A stretch of 38,805 nt of DNA, taken from Trichomonas gallinae (taxonomy: Eukaryota). The stretch is taken from NCBI GenBank assembly GCA_008369845.1, contig MRSU01000496.1, positions 1-38,805 on the forward strand, given 5' to 3'. The notes below the pieces were generated by a model. The model was given only the letters and a program-made list of their open reading frames with translations, searched no databases and had not been told where the DNA came from. Positions 30,376-38,805 of the stretch are shown one piece after another. How positions within the stretch are numbered: the first letter of the stretch is position 1; each line of letters begins with the position of its first letter. The position numbers were made by a program, and so were the translations under genes.

Positions 30376-30756
30376 ATGATCTTCGATAATGTGATGATTA
30401 AAATCAAGCAAATTCCAGAAATCCCTCAAGAACAGAGAGAGAAATATGGAAAAGAGCTCGAATACATCAAAAAATCAGTCGATAATGTGAACGATGTCCT
30501 CAAATCATCACAATCTCTTAATTCCGACATTGAAAAAGTTCACAATAAATGCCTTGAGCTTCACAAGACTGTCGATACATGCGATGCCCAGTATACCCAG
30601 CTCAATGAAGCTATTCAAAGATTCAAAAATTGCATTAGCGATATAAGCACTCTAAATACTGACATAGAGAAAGCTTGGAATGGACTGAGCGAATGCGAGG
30701 CAAAGATTCAGATCAAAGCTCCAACTCCAGCAATCGTCGAAGAAAAAGTTGCTTAA
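30376..30756 (+). CDS. Small coiled-coil protein
   Basis: 126-aa heptad-rich ORF with AAAGTGAC at 30351-30358 just upstream. Confidence 0.75.
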   Translation: MIFDNVMIKIKQIPEIPQEQREKYGKELEYIKKSVDNVNDVLKSSQSLNSDIEKVHNKCLELHKTVDTCDAQYTQLNEAIQRFKNCISDISTLNTDIEKAWNGLSECEAKIQIKAPTPAIVEEKVA

Positions 30757-30955
30757 GGTAACGTCTCGACGTTAGGTAACATTTTACGAACTTTTCAAGA
30801 ATACAACTATTAACTACAAAAACAATTTTGATAATTTTTGTAAATTTTAATTTAATCTTTGTTTTATCAGTATATGAATTATGCTATATACACAAAATTG
30901 ATTATGAAAAAAGTTTGGGCATAAATGAAGAATAATATATAACATTTTATATTTT

Positions 30956-31765
30956 CTATTTGGAAAAGCTTGAAAACTGCTTTAATCCTCTTGTTGCGAA
31001 GAAAGGAGAATCAGGAATGTGTGGATCAGGAAGTTCAAAGTCAGCAACCATTTTATTTTCTTCGAACATCATTTTAATTGGTTTCCAATCAAACCTCGCC
31101 ACAGATGGATAGCCAAAAACCGGGTCGAAGTTGTTTTGAAGCCATTCTTTTGTGTTTGGATCTGATGGATATCCAGAACCCCATTCATGCGAAATTTCAA
31201 GTCCTGGTTCTTCAAACTTGAAGTTGTTGAGTAATTGGTCCCTCTTTACTTTGGCGCAAATCGAAGCTGCACCAACAACTTTGTATGTTGCATCAGCTTT
31301 TGCTGCAACTTTGACTTTGATTGATGGGAACTTGTCCTGAAGCCATTCTTGGTATGTATCTGCAACTCCGACTGTATCGACGTATAAATTTTGGATCTGA
31401 AGACCTTTATCTAAAAATGACTGTATTAAATCTCTCGCTGCGTGATGGCTGACTGTATTTAATGAGATTGGAGGATTGACAATCGCTGTTTGTTTTGCTG
31501 AAATTTCTTCGGCCGAAATTACGCGAACTGCGAAGCCAACTGGTAGCTTTTTGATTTCATCAAGCACTTCTTCACGTTGTTCTGCAGTTAGCTTTTTAGA
31601 ATCATCAACATCTTTCGGCCATTTATTTCCAAGCGGAGCAACAGCGCCAGAATAGACCATTGGGCCTAACGCTGGACCTCTTCCAGCTTCATCAATGCCC
31701 ATTTCAAGAGGCTGACCTTTCAGTTCTTCAGGAAACTCTACCGAAACACCTTCCCACTTGTACAT
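30956..31765 (-). CDS. RNASEH2A: Ribonuclease H2 catalytic subunit A
   Basis: GIDEAGRGPALGPMVY, DDSKKL, YVDTVG, KADATY..VGAASICAKVKRD and GSGYPSDP. Confidence 0.96.
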   Translation of the reverse strand: MYKWEGVSVEFPEELKGQPLEMGIDEAGRGPALGPMVYSGAVAPLGNKWPKDVDDSKKLTAEQREEVLDEIKKLPVGFAVRVISAEEISAKQTAIVNPPISLNTVSHHAARDLIQSFLDKGLQIQNLYVDTVGVADTYQEWLQDKFPSIKVKVAAKADATYKVVGAASICAKVKRDQLLNNFKFEEPGLEISHEWGSGYPSDPNTKEWLQNNFDPVFGYPSVARFDWKPIKMMFEENKMVADFELPDPHIPDSPFFATRGLKQFSSFSK

Positions 31766-31959
31766 TTAGTAAAAAATGATTTTAACTTATCTATTATCTA
31801 TATACATCCTTAATAATAGTATTTTGCTGAATTTAGAACGAAAAATCTTAATATATTTTATAGGAAAATCATGATAAAGTAAAATCTATTTAATAACAAA
31901 CAAATAAACAATTAGCTAGTATTGGAACAATAAAACAGAGCCATAAAAGAAATAATGAT

Positions 31960-32631
31960 TCAATAAATATCAAAATCGTCATCTCCTGATATTTCGCTAT
32001 CGTTATGCGTTAGCATTTCTTGTCCATCGCCGCTGTGTTCATCTTCTTCATATTCATAAAATTCTTCTTCGAAATCTTCTTCGTTAAAATAAGAATCTGT
32101 ATTTCTTTGTGTATATATTCGCTTTATTTTGCGTCTTTTCGAATTTTCGACGCCATAATCTGATTTTTTATTTATTGCATGGTCAGGATCATCGGAATCA
32201 TCAGTTTTTTCATCTTCAGAGCCAACAAAATACTGTGCTGTCTGCTCATTTCTGTCGCTTAGGTCATCATATTTTATCAAGCTTTGAGTAATTTCATCTG
32301 GATCTTCTAAAGAGTAAATATTTTTACCTTCATCTACAACTAGAATGTTTCCTTGTTCTAATAGCCTGAGTTTTTGTTGTTCGATTATATTTTGATATTT
32401 ATTATAAAATTCCTTTTTTTCAATGTCTGGGTCATATGCATTTTCAATATAACTTTGTATATCTATATCTTGAGCAGCATCTTTCGGGATTTTTAATATT
32501 GGATTAACTTTATGTTCTCTATGTGATAGATTTAATACGATATTCTTTATTTGTTCATGCTGCTCTTTGTCATTTCCAAGCACATCAAACATTTTTGGAT
32601 TTCTTCTTGGTTTCTCATTTTTCACAAACAT
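31960..32631 (-). CDS. Acidic hypothetical protein (possible Iwr1-like motif)
   Basis: Start placed at the ATG at 32631 because a TCATT initiator lies directly upstream (TCATTTTTATG). 223 aa with an acidic tail and a basic KRRKIKR patch. Confidence 0.7.
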   Translation of the reverse strand: MFVKNEKPRRNPKMFDVLGNDKEQHEQIKNIVLNLSHREHKVNPILKIPKDAAQDIDIQSYIENAYDPDIEKKEFYNKYQNIIEQQKLRLLEQGNILVVDEGKNIYSLEDPDEITQSLIKYDDLSDRNEQTAQYFVGSEDEKTDDSDDPDHAINKKSDYGVENSKRRKIKRIYTQRNTDSYFNEEDFEEEFYEYEEDEHSGDGQEMLTHNDSEISGDDDFDIY

Positions 32632-33129
32632 AAAAATGACAAAAAAATCGCAGTTAAGGGACAGATGAGGATGCAACTTTATTAAACACTTTTTTTTTAG
32701 GTTTTGATGAACCACTTTGACCTTAATCAAACATCATCAAAATTCAATCAAAATGCTGAACTTCATAAATAATTCATATTTAGTTTTATGTGAATCTTTC
32801 CGCTCAGAATATGCATGTTTTATTGGTAATATTCTGATCAATTTTATATATCACTTTTAATCTCTATCTAAATGTCATGATCGTATGAGTATAGCCCAAT
32901 AAGAAAAAATTCTATCCATTTTGACTGATTTCATGCCTTTTATAAATAATTTCATTTATTATAATGTTTTAGCTTAATTCAATGATGAAATCGATAATGT
33001 ATAAGTAGCACATATTATTCATGCAAACTCAATGGATTTGATTGAGAATGAAAATTATTTGAAAAATAATATTGAAGTTATAATTAAAATTTCATGAAAT
33101 TTAGAATTAATATGAGATGTTAAATATTA

Positions 33130-33237
33130 ATTCAATAAAAAATAATTTAAAGTAAATTAAATTAACCTATTTAAAATGCAAAGTAATTTAAAGTTAAATA
33201 ATTTAATATTCAATAAAAAATAATTTAAAGTAAATTA
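33130..33237. repeat. Perfect 30-bp AT-rich direct repeat
   Basis: ATTCAATAAAAAATAATTTAAAGTAAATTA at 33130-33159 and 33208-33237. Confidence 0.85.
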
Positions 33238-33376
33238 GGTATTACATATTATATTAAATACATAAGTAAAGAAAAACCTAAAATTTGTCGGAAAAAACAA
33301 AGATTTAACCGAAAAAATGGAAGTTGAAAATTATGAACGTTTTTCTTTTGTCACTTTTCTAAGTTAGCTAAATTCG

Positions 33377-34468
33377 ATGTCGTCTGTTGTTTCCTCTTCA
33401 CAGCTTGGAACATACACATCCAGTCACGGAGGATCCACAGTATCAGGCAGCACCGATCGCGAGGATTTCACGCCGACGCAAGAAAATCTCGACACAATGA
33501 AGAACAGAATAGAAACGTTTAGAATAGAGAACGCCTTACTGATCGAATATGCGCGCCAGAAGGGCACCGATTTGCTTCCTCAAGGTACTGTTATTGAGCC
33601 TAACGTACATGCGCATTACAAGTTTACAAAGAAAAGATATACACCACTTCCAATTGCACGCAAACTCGAAATAGCTAAATACGTTAACGATCAAATCGAC
33701 AAATCCATCGCCGAAGCTTCTAAAAAATTCAATGACGATATTGAGCAGAGTAGAGCGCAGCTTATCCAGATTCAAGTTCGTGAAAAGGAGCTTGATAAAG
33801 AAAAAGCCCAATTCCTTCGCGAAGTTTGCGAAGAATCAAGAGATGAACGCACAGGAAAAATTATTGGCGAAAAGATCTTGAAGTGGTACGATGATACTGT
33901 CAAAATGAAGGAAACAAAGAAGGAAACACTCATCCTTAAGAAGCAATCAATGAGCGCGAAAATTAAACAGACAAACGCAAGACTCGAACAGAAGAAAGAT
34001 TTGGGCGAAAAACTGCAACAGGTCGATTACGATCAGCTTCAGATTGATAATGAAGCCTATCAGGACCAAATTGCTGAACTTTCCAAGAAATTATCTAAAT
34101 TACAGAAGACATCTTCGTCTGTCGTCTCCCGCCTTCAGAATGCACGCTCTCTTCTGGCTGATGAAGAGAAAGCATGCGCGACAATGCAGCAAAGCATCGA
34201 ACAGAAGCAGAAAGCAATCCAGAAATACGAAAAAGAGGCTTCTGGCGTTGAAGAAGACCACGAGAAGCTCATCGCTAGTAACGAGGAGATTGCCACAAAG
34301 AAATCAGAATATCGTGTCCCAGATGTTACAGATTATATCGATAAGAAAGCTAAGATATACGAAACACAAAAAATTATCAAGAACTGGGAGAGAAAGGTCC
34401 AGTTAGCTGCTATGAATGTTAAGAGATTACAGAAGGAATTCGAGGAAATCGATACTCCAAGAAAATAA
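33377..34468 (+). CDS. CCDC113: CCDC113/CFAP263-like (DUF4201) ciliary coiled-coil protein
   Basis: LQQVDYDQLQIDN, YRVPDVTDYI and NWERKVQLA motifs. GTCACTTT/Inr at 33350-33357; the stop overlaps TAAA. Confidence 0.8.
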   Translation: MSSVVSSSQLGTYTSSHGGSTVSGSTDREDFTPTQENLDTMKNRIETFRIENALLIEYARQKGTDLLPQGTVIEPNVHAHYKFTKKRYTPLPIARKLEIAKYVNDQIDKSIAEASKKFNDDIEQSRAQLIQIQVREKELDKEKAQFLREVCEESRDERTGKIIGEKILKWYDDTVKMKETKKETLILKKQSMSAKIKQTNARLEQKKDLGEKLQQVDYDQLQIDNEAYQDQIAELSKKLSKLQKTSSSVVSRLQNARSLLADEEKACATMQQSIEQKQKAIQKYEKEASGVEEDHEKLIASNEEIATKKSEYRVPDVTDYIDKKAKIYETQKIIKNWERKVQLAAMNVKRLQKEFEEIDTPRK

Positions 34469-34743
34469 ATTTTTTAATGTCAATTATATTGAAATTCGTT
34501 CTTTTGCTTATAAAATTTTATTTATTTTTATACCAATTGTTTATTTCATCTGTGATCTTTGCTGAAATGTTACAATATTTAAATTTTCAAAATATTTTTC
34601 GATTTTTTAACAAAATTATAATTAAACAACATAATATTTCAACATATTAAGCACATAGACATTAAATATTATAGATGTTTACTATAAAAATGAACTAAAT
34701 CTCTATTTACTAACAAAATCTATAGAATTAATATAAAAATATC

Positions 34744-37515
34744 TCATTGACTGGTAATTTCTTTAACAAATTGGACGAACTGAGTGAACAATTCTTCATC
34801 CATTGTCAATGCATAATTTTCTTTTTCTTGAATTAATTTTGTTGTTGAATTTCGAAGAACAGGAAGCTGTGCTGGCGTGTATTGAACTTGAGATAGATTT
34901 GCCATCATTCTGTTGACTTCTGTTACATCAGTTGGCGGGAAATTTTCTAATGCAAACGAAATTGCGTCTTCTTTTCGTGTTTTCACGCCAATTGTTGCCA
35001 TAAGACTTGCAATATTCGATTTAGCTTCCTCTGTGCATCTATCAAGCCATCCAACCGTCATTTCAGCGAAGTTTCCTAAGATATCGAGCGAATTTGGATC
35101 ATTAAACAAAATAATGTTCAAAAGGAAGGCAGAATTTTGGAATGTATCTGGACAGTCCCTTTGGAAAGTATATTCGAGTGTTTCTGCAACAAATATCAAG
35201 AAATTCTCAAAAATAATTTCAGATTCGAATAAATCTATCAAAACTTCCAAAAATGAATCAATGGCGGGATCAGGTAGTGTATGCAACACTTTGTTCTTGA
35301 CTAAAACCAGATAATTAAGACTTTCTCCTCTACTTCTTAATAATCCAAATTTAATCATTTGAAGGACAGGCACATAAGTGTATGAATTAGGGTCATCAAT
35401 GAAAGATCCGATGAATGGATCAATAATTGCATCAAAATCAGCAGCATTATTATTCATCAAATTATCTAACAGAATATTTGATACTTCTCGTGAGAGATTG
35501 AACTGATGCTTTGGCTCATCAATCATCAGCACGGCATTGATTCCATTAGAAACGATGTTTAAAGTATCAGTGTGAGTTATGTGCTTTGCCAGTTCAGATA
35601 AAGCTGGTGCAATACTGGCTAAGGCATCATAGTTCCTCACCTGAAAAACTTGGCTTAAATCGTTCAGCAAATCTCCAACAAGCAAAAAGTTTCCGCTTCT
35701 AATTATATAAAAAGCCCTAACTGGCAACGCGTAGACTTCTAGATATGGATCTTCGAAGTGGAACTCGCAGAGATGAGCGAGAAATTCAGAAATTGGAGTA
35801 TCTAATAATATATTTCTTTCGCCTGGAAAGTTTTGCAAAACATTGGATAACATTTCTAGGACAGCTATATACAACGGAAAATTATCATTTTGGTTATTAA
35901 CAATCGCTTGACAAATTCCCATCAAATCATTTTGTATTAAACCAAGAATTTCATTAGAAATCGGGAGAACTCTAACTATACATGATCCAGCAAATGAAAT
36001 CACGCTCTCGATCAGTTCTTGGTTCGACATATTGTAAATTGCATTAAATAACTGAAGAATAAAAGCTGCTATTTCTTCAGTAACGTTATATGAACATTGC
36101 ACCAAGAAAGAGAGAAGTTGTATAAATATACCATCAATGCTTGTCTCTTGATTCACCATCGAAATGAATTGCGCAAGAATTGGGGTCATGTCTAGGTCTT
36201 CTCTTAGTATCTCTGAGAGCGCTTCTCCGAATTGAATCCTGATGTCATCTTTCGCGAAACACATCCATAGGATTTTCGATAATAAAGTAAGATCATTTGA
36301 TGAATGAACTATATATGATACAAGAGGAAGCGACGAAAAGATAAATTCATCGTCAAGTTCTTCATTTGGCTCTTCAATGAGCGGAAAAATTCTCTCTAAA
36401 AATGTATCGCGAAAAGCAACAAAACTATCAAAGAATGTTGATATTGCTGCATTGATAAAACGAATTGCTGTGACAATATGATCGAAATCTTCGCAATCTA
36501 AGTATTCTAAACACTTTTGATGAATTAATAAATGTGTGTCTGGTACATATTTAAGTTTATCGACAGCAATTGTTATATATTCTTTCACATTTTCATCGCG
36601 AACCATTTCGACTGCGGTAAAGAAAACTCCTGTGATTAACCAATCTATTTCATCAGGAGTGAAGACATCTGCTGTGCTTATTGTGGATAAGACATAGTGG
36701 AATAAAGTAAACTTAATATTAGGTTCAATATATTCGTTTGTTAATATTTCTTCTAAATTTGATTTTATATCAGAAATTATTGCAGGAAAATGGTTCAAAA
36801 CCAAGCCTAGCGTCGAAATAAGAAGTATTCTAAAGTCATGTTCCATAGCAAGAATATTGTTAAAGCATTCAGCCCATTGAGTCAAAATTAATTGAATATT
36901 ACTTGAAATAAAGCTTTCATCCTGATTTTCTATATTACTCATCTTAGAAAGGATCAAAGCATGCAAATGAATTAGCTTAATACGTGTTTCATCGATAGAA
37001 TCTATTGTTTGCAAAATATTATTTAAAACTTCATTGATATTCATACAGTTTTGATATATGAAATCGTCTGGCAATTCTGTGAAAATGCTATCTATTGATA
37101 GTAATTTGTATAAATTCACGTCTATATTATCAGTGAATGTGATTAACCAGTCTAGTAATGGTTTAAATGCTATTTTGCTGTAGTATATAATATATGTGAT
37201 GATTTGAAATATTTTTTGCCTCGTTAGTTTGTCTGGCATCCTTTCTAAAATTTCTAATAAATTAAATTGAATGATATCTTTCTTTCCTTGGTCTAAATAG
37301 TTCCATTGTATCTTAACAGACTTGTAGAGATACAAATATGCAAGAGTTATAGCGAGTTGATCTTGAGAATTGAATAAAATGTTAAATAAAAGCTCAATCA
37401 TTTGATAATTTCGTATCCTTTCAAGAATTTGACTTGTTGCAGCAGATATTATGTCATTATCTTGACTCAGTGTCTGCTTTAAAAGTTCAATCAATCCAAT
37501 TGTTTGCTCATCCAT
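34744..37515 (-). CDS. Divergent importin-beta-like HEAT-repeat protein (importin-4-like)
   Basis: 923 aa from the ATG at 37515. N-terminal LLKQTLSQDNDIISAATSQI and C-terminal NIASL...FPPTDVTE recall importin-4-type karyopherins. Confidence 0.7.
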   Translation of the reverse strand: MDEQTIGLIELLKQTLSQDNDIISAATSQILERIRNYQMIELLFNILFNSQDQLAITLAYLYLYKSVKIQWNYLDQGKKDIIQFNLLEILERMPDKLTRQKIFQIITYIIYYSKIAFKPLLDWLITFTDNIDVNLYKLLSIDSIFTELPDDFIYQNCMNINEVLNNILQTIDSIDETRIKLIHLHALILSKMSNIENQDESFISSNIQLILTQWAECFNNILAMEHDFRILLISTLGLVLNHFPAIISDIKSNLEEILTNEYIEPNIKFTLFHYVLSTISTADVFTPDEIDWLITGVFFTAVEMVRDENVKEYITIAVDKLKYVPDTHLLIHQKCLEYLDCEDFDHIVTAIRFINAAISTFFDSFVAFRDTFLERIFPLIEEPNEELDDEFIFSSLPLVSYIVHSSNDLTLLSKILWMCFAKDDIRIQFGEALSEILREDLDMTPILAQFISMVNQETSIDGIFIQLLSFLVQCSYNVTEEIAAFILQLFNAIYNMSNQELIESVISFAGSCIVRVLPISNEILGLIQNDLMGICQAIVNNQNDNFPLYIAVLEMLSNVLQNFPGERNILLDTPISEFLAHLCEFHFEDPYLEVYALPVRAFYIIRSGNFLLVGDLLNDLSQVFQVRNYDALASIAPALSELAKHITHTDTLNIVSNGINAVLMIDEPKHQFNLSREVSNILLDNLMNNNAADFDAIIDPFIGSFIDDPNSYTYVPVLQMIKFGLLRSRGESLNYLVLVKNKVLHTLPDPAIDSFLEVLIDLFESEIIFENFLIFVAETLEYTFQRDCPDTFQNSAFLLNIILFNDPNSLDILGNFAEMTVGWLDRCTEEAKSNIASLMATIGVKTRKEDAISFALENFPPTDVTEVNRMMANLSQVQYTPAQLPVLRNSTTKLIQEKENYALTMDEELFTQFVQFVKEITSQ

Positions 37516-37996
37516 TAATAAAAATATTTTTCGTTTACATATGTTTATACTACAATCAGACAATACGATATATAACAATCATGAGCAAAACATGAAAAAT
37601 TTTTGAAAATTTATTTTGTTTAGAGATTTGACTTCATCATCCCTAAATATTGTCAATACTACATCAATGCATTGCATATATTGAATGTTATAGATGTTAG
37701 AAAATAATTTTAAGATTCAAATTTACAATGTTTATTTAAGTTGCATCTATTCATGATATTATTAAGTACAAATATTAATATACAATCTTGAGTTCAAATA
37801 AGTATCATCATACAAATATCGCATGGATAAAATTGTATTATTCGCTTTTTGCCTAATACATTCAATAGAATATTGCTCATAATTGACTGTTTCACGTTGT
37901 TATTTGCAATTAAAAGATATAATTTGATTTTTTGTTAATTTGTATTGCTAGTTTGTTATTCTATTAAATCAATGATCAATATATTCAATATAGTAG

Positions 37997-38512
37997 TTAA
38001 TTTGCATGAGCATCATTTGAATCGCTATATTCATCTTCTGGCCTGAAATAATTATTAGATATTGCGATACGATTCAACTGATTGTATCTTTGCGAGTAGC
38101 TCATGAATACTTTAAAGAACTGATGAGTGGTTTCCATTTCAGAAGTATTGTCAAAGTTTTCAGTTGATTCTGGACATTTTTCCTTTAAATATCTTAGTCT
38201 AGTGATGCACTTTGCTCGAACACTATCTGTGAAACCGTTTTCTGGTCGACCAGGATGAATTGAAGATTTATCAATTTGACTTTCGTATTTTGATATAAGA
38301 GATTCAAATCTATCAAGATATTTTTCTGCCATATCAAGCTCTTTTTCTGCTCTCTCATATTCCAAATTTCGAATTTCTGCCTTTTGTTCAAGAATCCTTA
38401 ATTTCTTTTCACGAGACTCTATTACTTTTGATGTATTCTTTGAAATACCCTCTAATCTCTCTCGAGTTTCGCCTAAAATATTCCAGTCCATTGTAGCTTG
38501 ATTTTCTCCCAT
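37997..38512 (-). CDS. Hypothetical coiled-coil protein
   Basis: 171-aa ATG-initiated ORF with an E/K/R heptad region; upstream TGACATGTAAA motifs. Confidence 0.7.
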   Translation of the reverse strand: MGENQATMDWNILGETRERLEGISKNTSKVIESREKKLRILEQKAEIRNLEYERAEKELDMAEKYLDRFESLISKYESQIDKSSIHPGRPENGFTDSVRAKCITRLRYLKEKCPESTENFDNTSEMETTHQFFKVFMSYSQRYNQLNRIAISNNYFRPEDEYSDSNDAHAN

Positions 38513-38523
38513 TTTTTGTGCTA

Positions 38524-38700
38524 TTTACATGTCAATTTCCTAAATATTTGACAAATAAAGTGAATTTTACATGTAAAATGTCAAATATAAATGGCAAATA
38601 ATCATTCTTTACATTTCAAATCTACATATAAACTTATTTTACATGTCAATATTATCAATATTTGACAAATAAAGCAAATATTACAAGTCAAATCTACCTC
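38524..38700. repeat. Imperfect direct duplication (offset 114 bp) in a divergent promoter
   Basis: TTTACATGTCAAT...AATATTTGACAAATAAAG begins at both 38524 and 38638. Confidence 0.75.
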
Positions 38701-38764
38701 GCAATCATTTGACATATAAACTTATTATAAAGGTAGTCCGGCAGATTTTTTAAAATTGTCAAAA

Positions 38765-38805
38765 ATGGCCCCTGCTTATATAACGTGTCAGGTTCGACGC
38801 TACAG
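38765..38805 (+). CDS. Probable 5' end of a gene truncated by the window edge (MAPAYITCQVRRY...)
   Basis: TGTCAAAAATG context, a rise in GC, and an open frame to the end of the window. Confidence 0.45.
   Translation, partial: MAPAYITCQVRRY

Noticed and set aside
1..38805. Spliceosomal introns, tRNA/rRNA genes, Maverick or other transposon genes
   Set aside because: I saw no ACTAACACACAG-type intron end, no cloverleaf or rRNA-like segment, and no transposase, integrase or polymerase ORF by eye. Very short introns cannot be fully excluded.

Overview
AT-rich, gene-dense, apparently intron-free eukaryotic DNA from a parabasalid, most likely Trichomonas vaginalis or a close relative. This is inferred from TCAYT initiators a few nt upstream of ATGs, recurrent AAAGTGAC promoter motifs, TAAA overlapping stop codons and an IBD-family gene. 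About 20 complete single-exon genes are present: a SHIPPO/PGP-repeat-like protein, a SENP8-like deneddylase, a Ras GTPase, aspartate aminotransferase, a Nup98-like GLEBS protein, a TOR kinase, an RRM/RD-repeat protein, two importin-beta-like HEAT proteins, an IBD protein, FKBP, WDR83, APC11, a TIG-domain membrane protein, RNase H2A, CCDC113 and several hypotheticals. One further gene may start at the right edge. The most notable unexplained element is a five-copy ~127-bp non-coding tandem array (about 9891-10525) between the divergent Nup98-like and TOR genes; its units carry nested inverted repeats with apparent compensatory base changes. Other observations: a recurrent TGWCRYGTAAA upstream motif, an APC11 lacking all four third-zinc ligands, a TOR with a degenerate rapamycin-binding site, a Q61M Ras, and several isolated intergenic hairpins. 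All assignments were made by eye without database searches.
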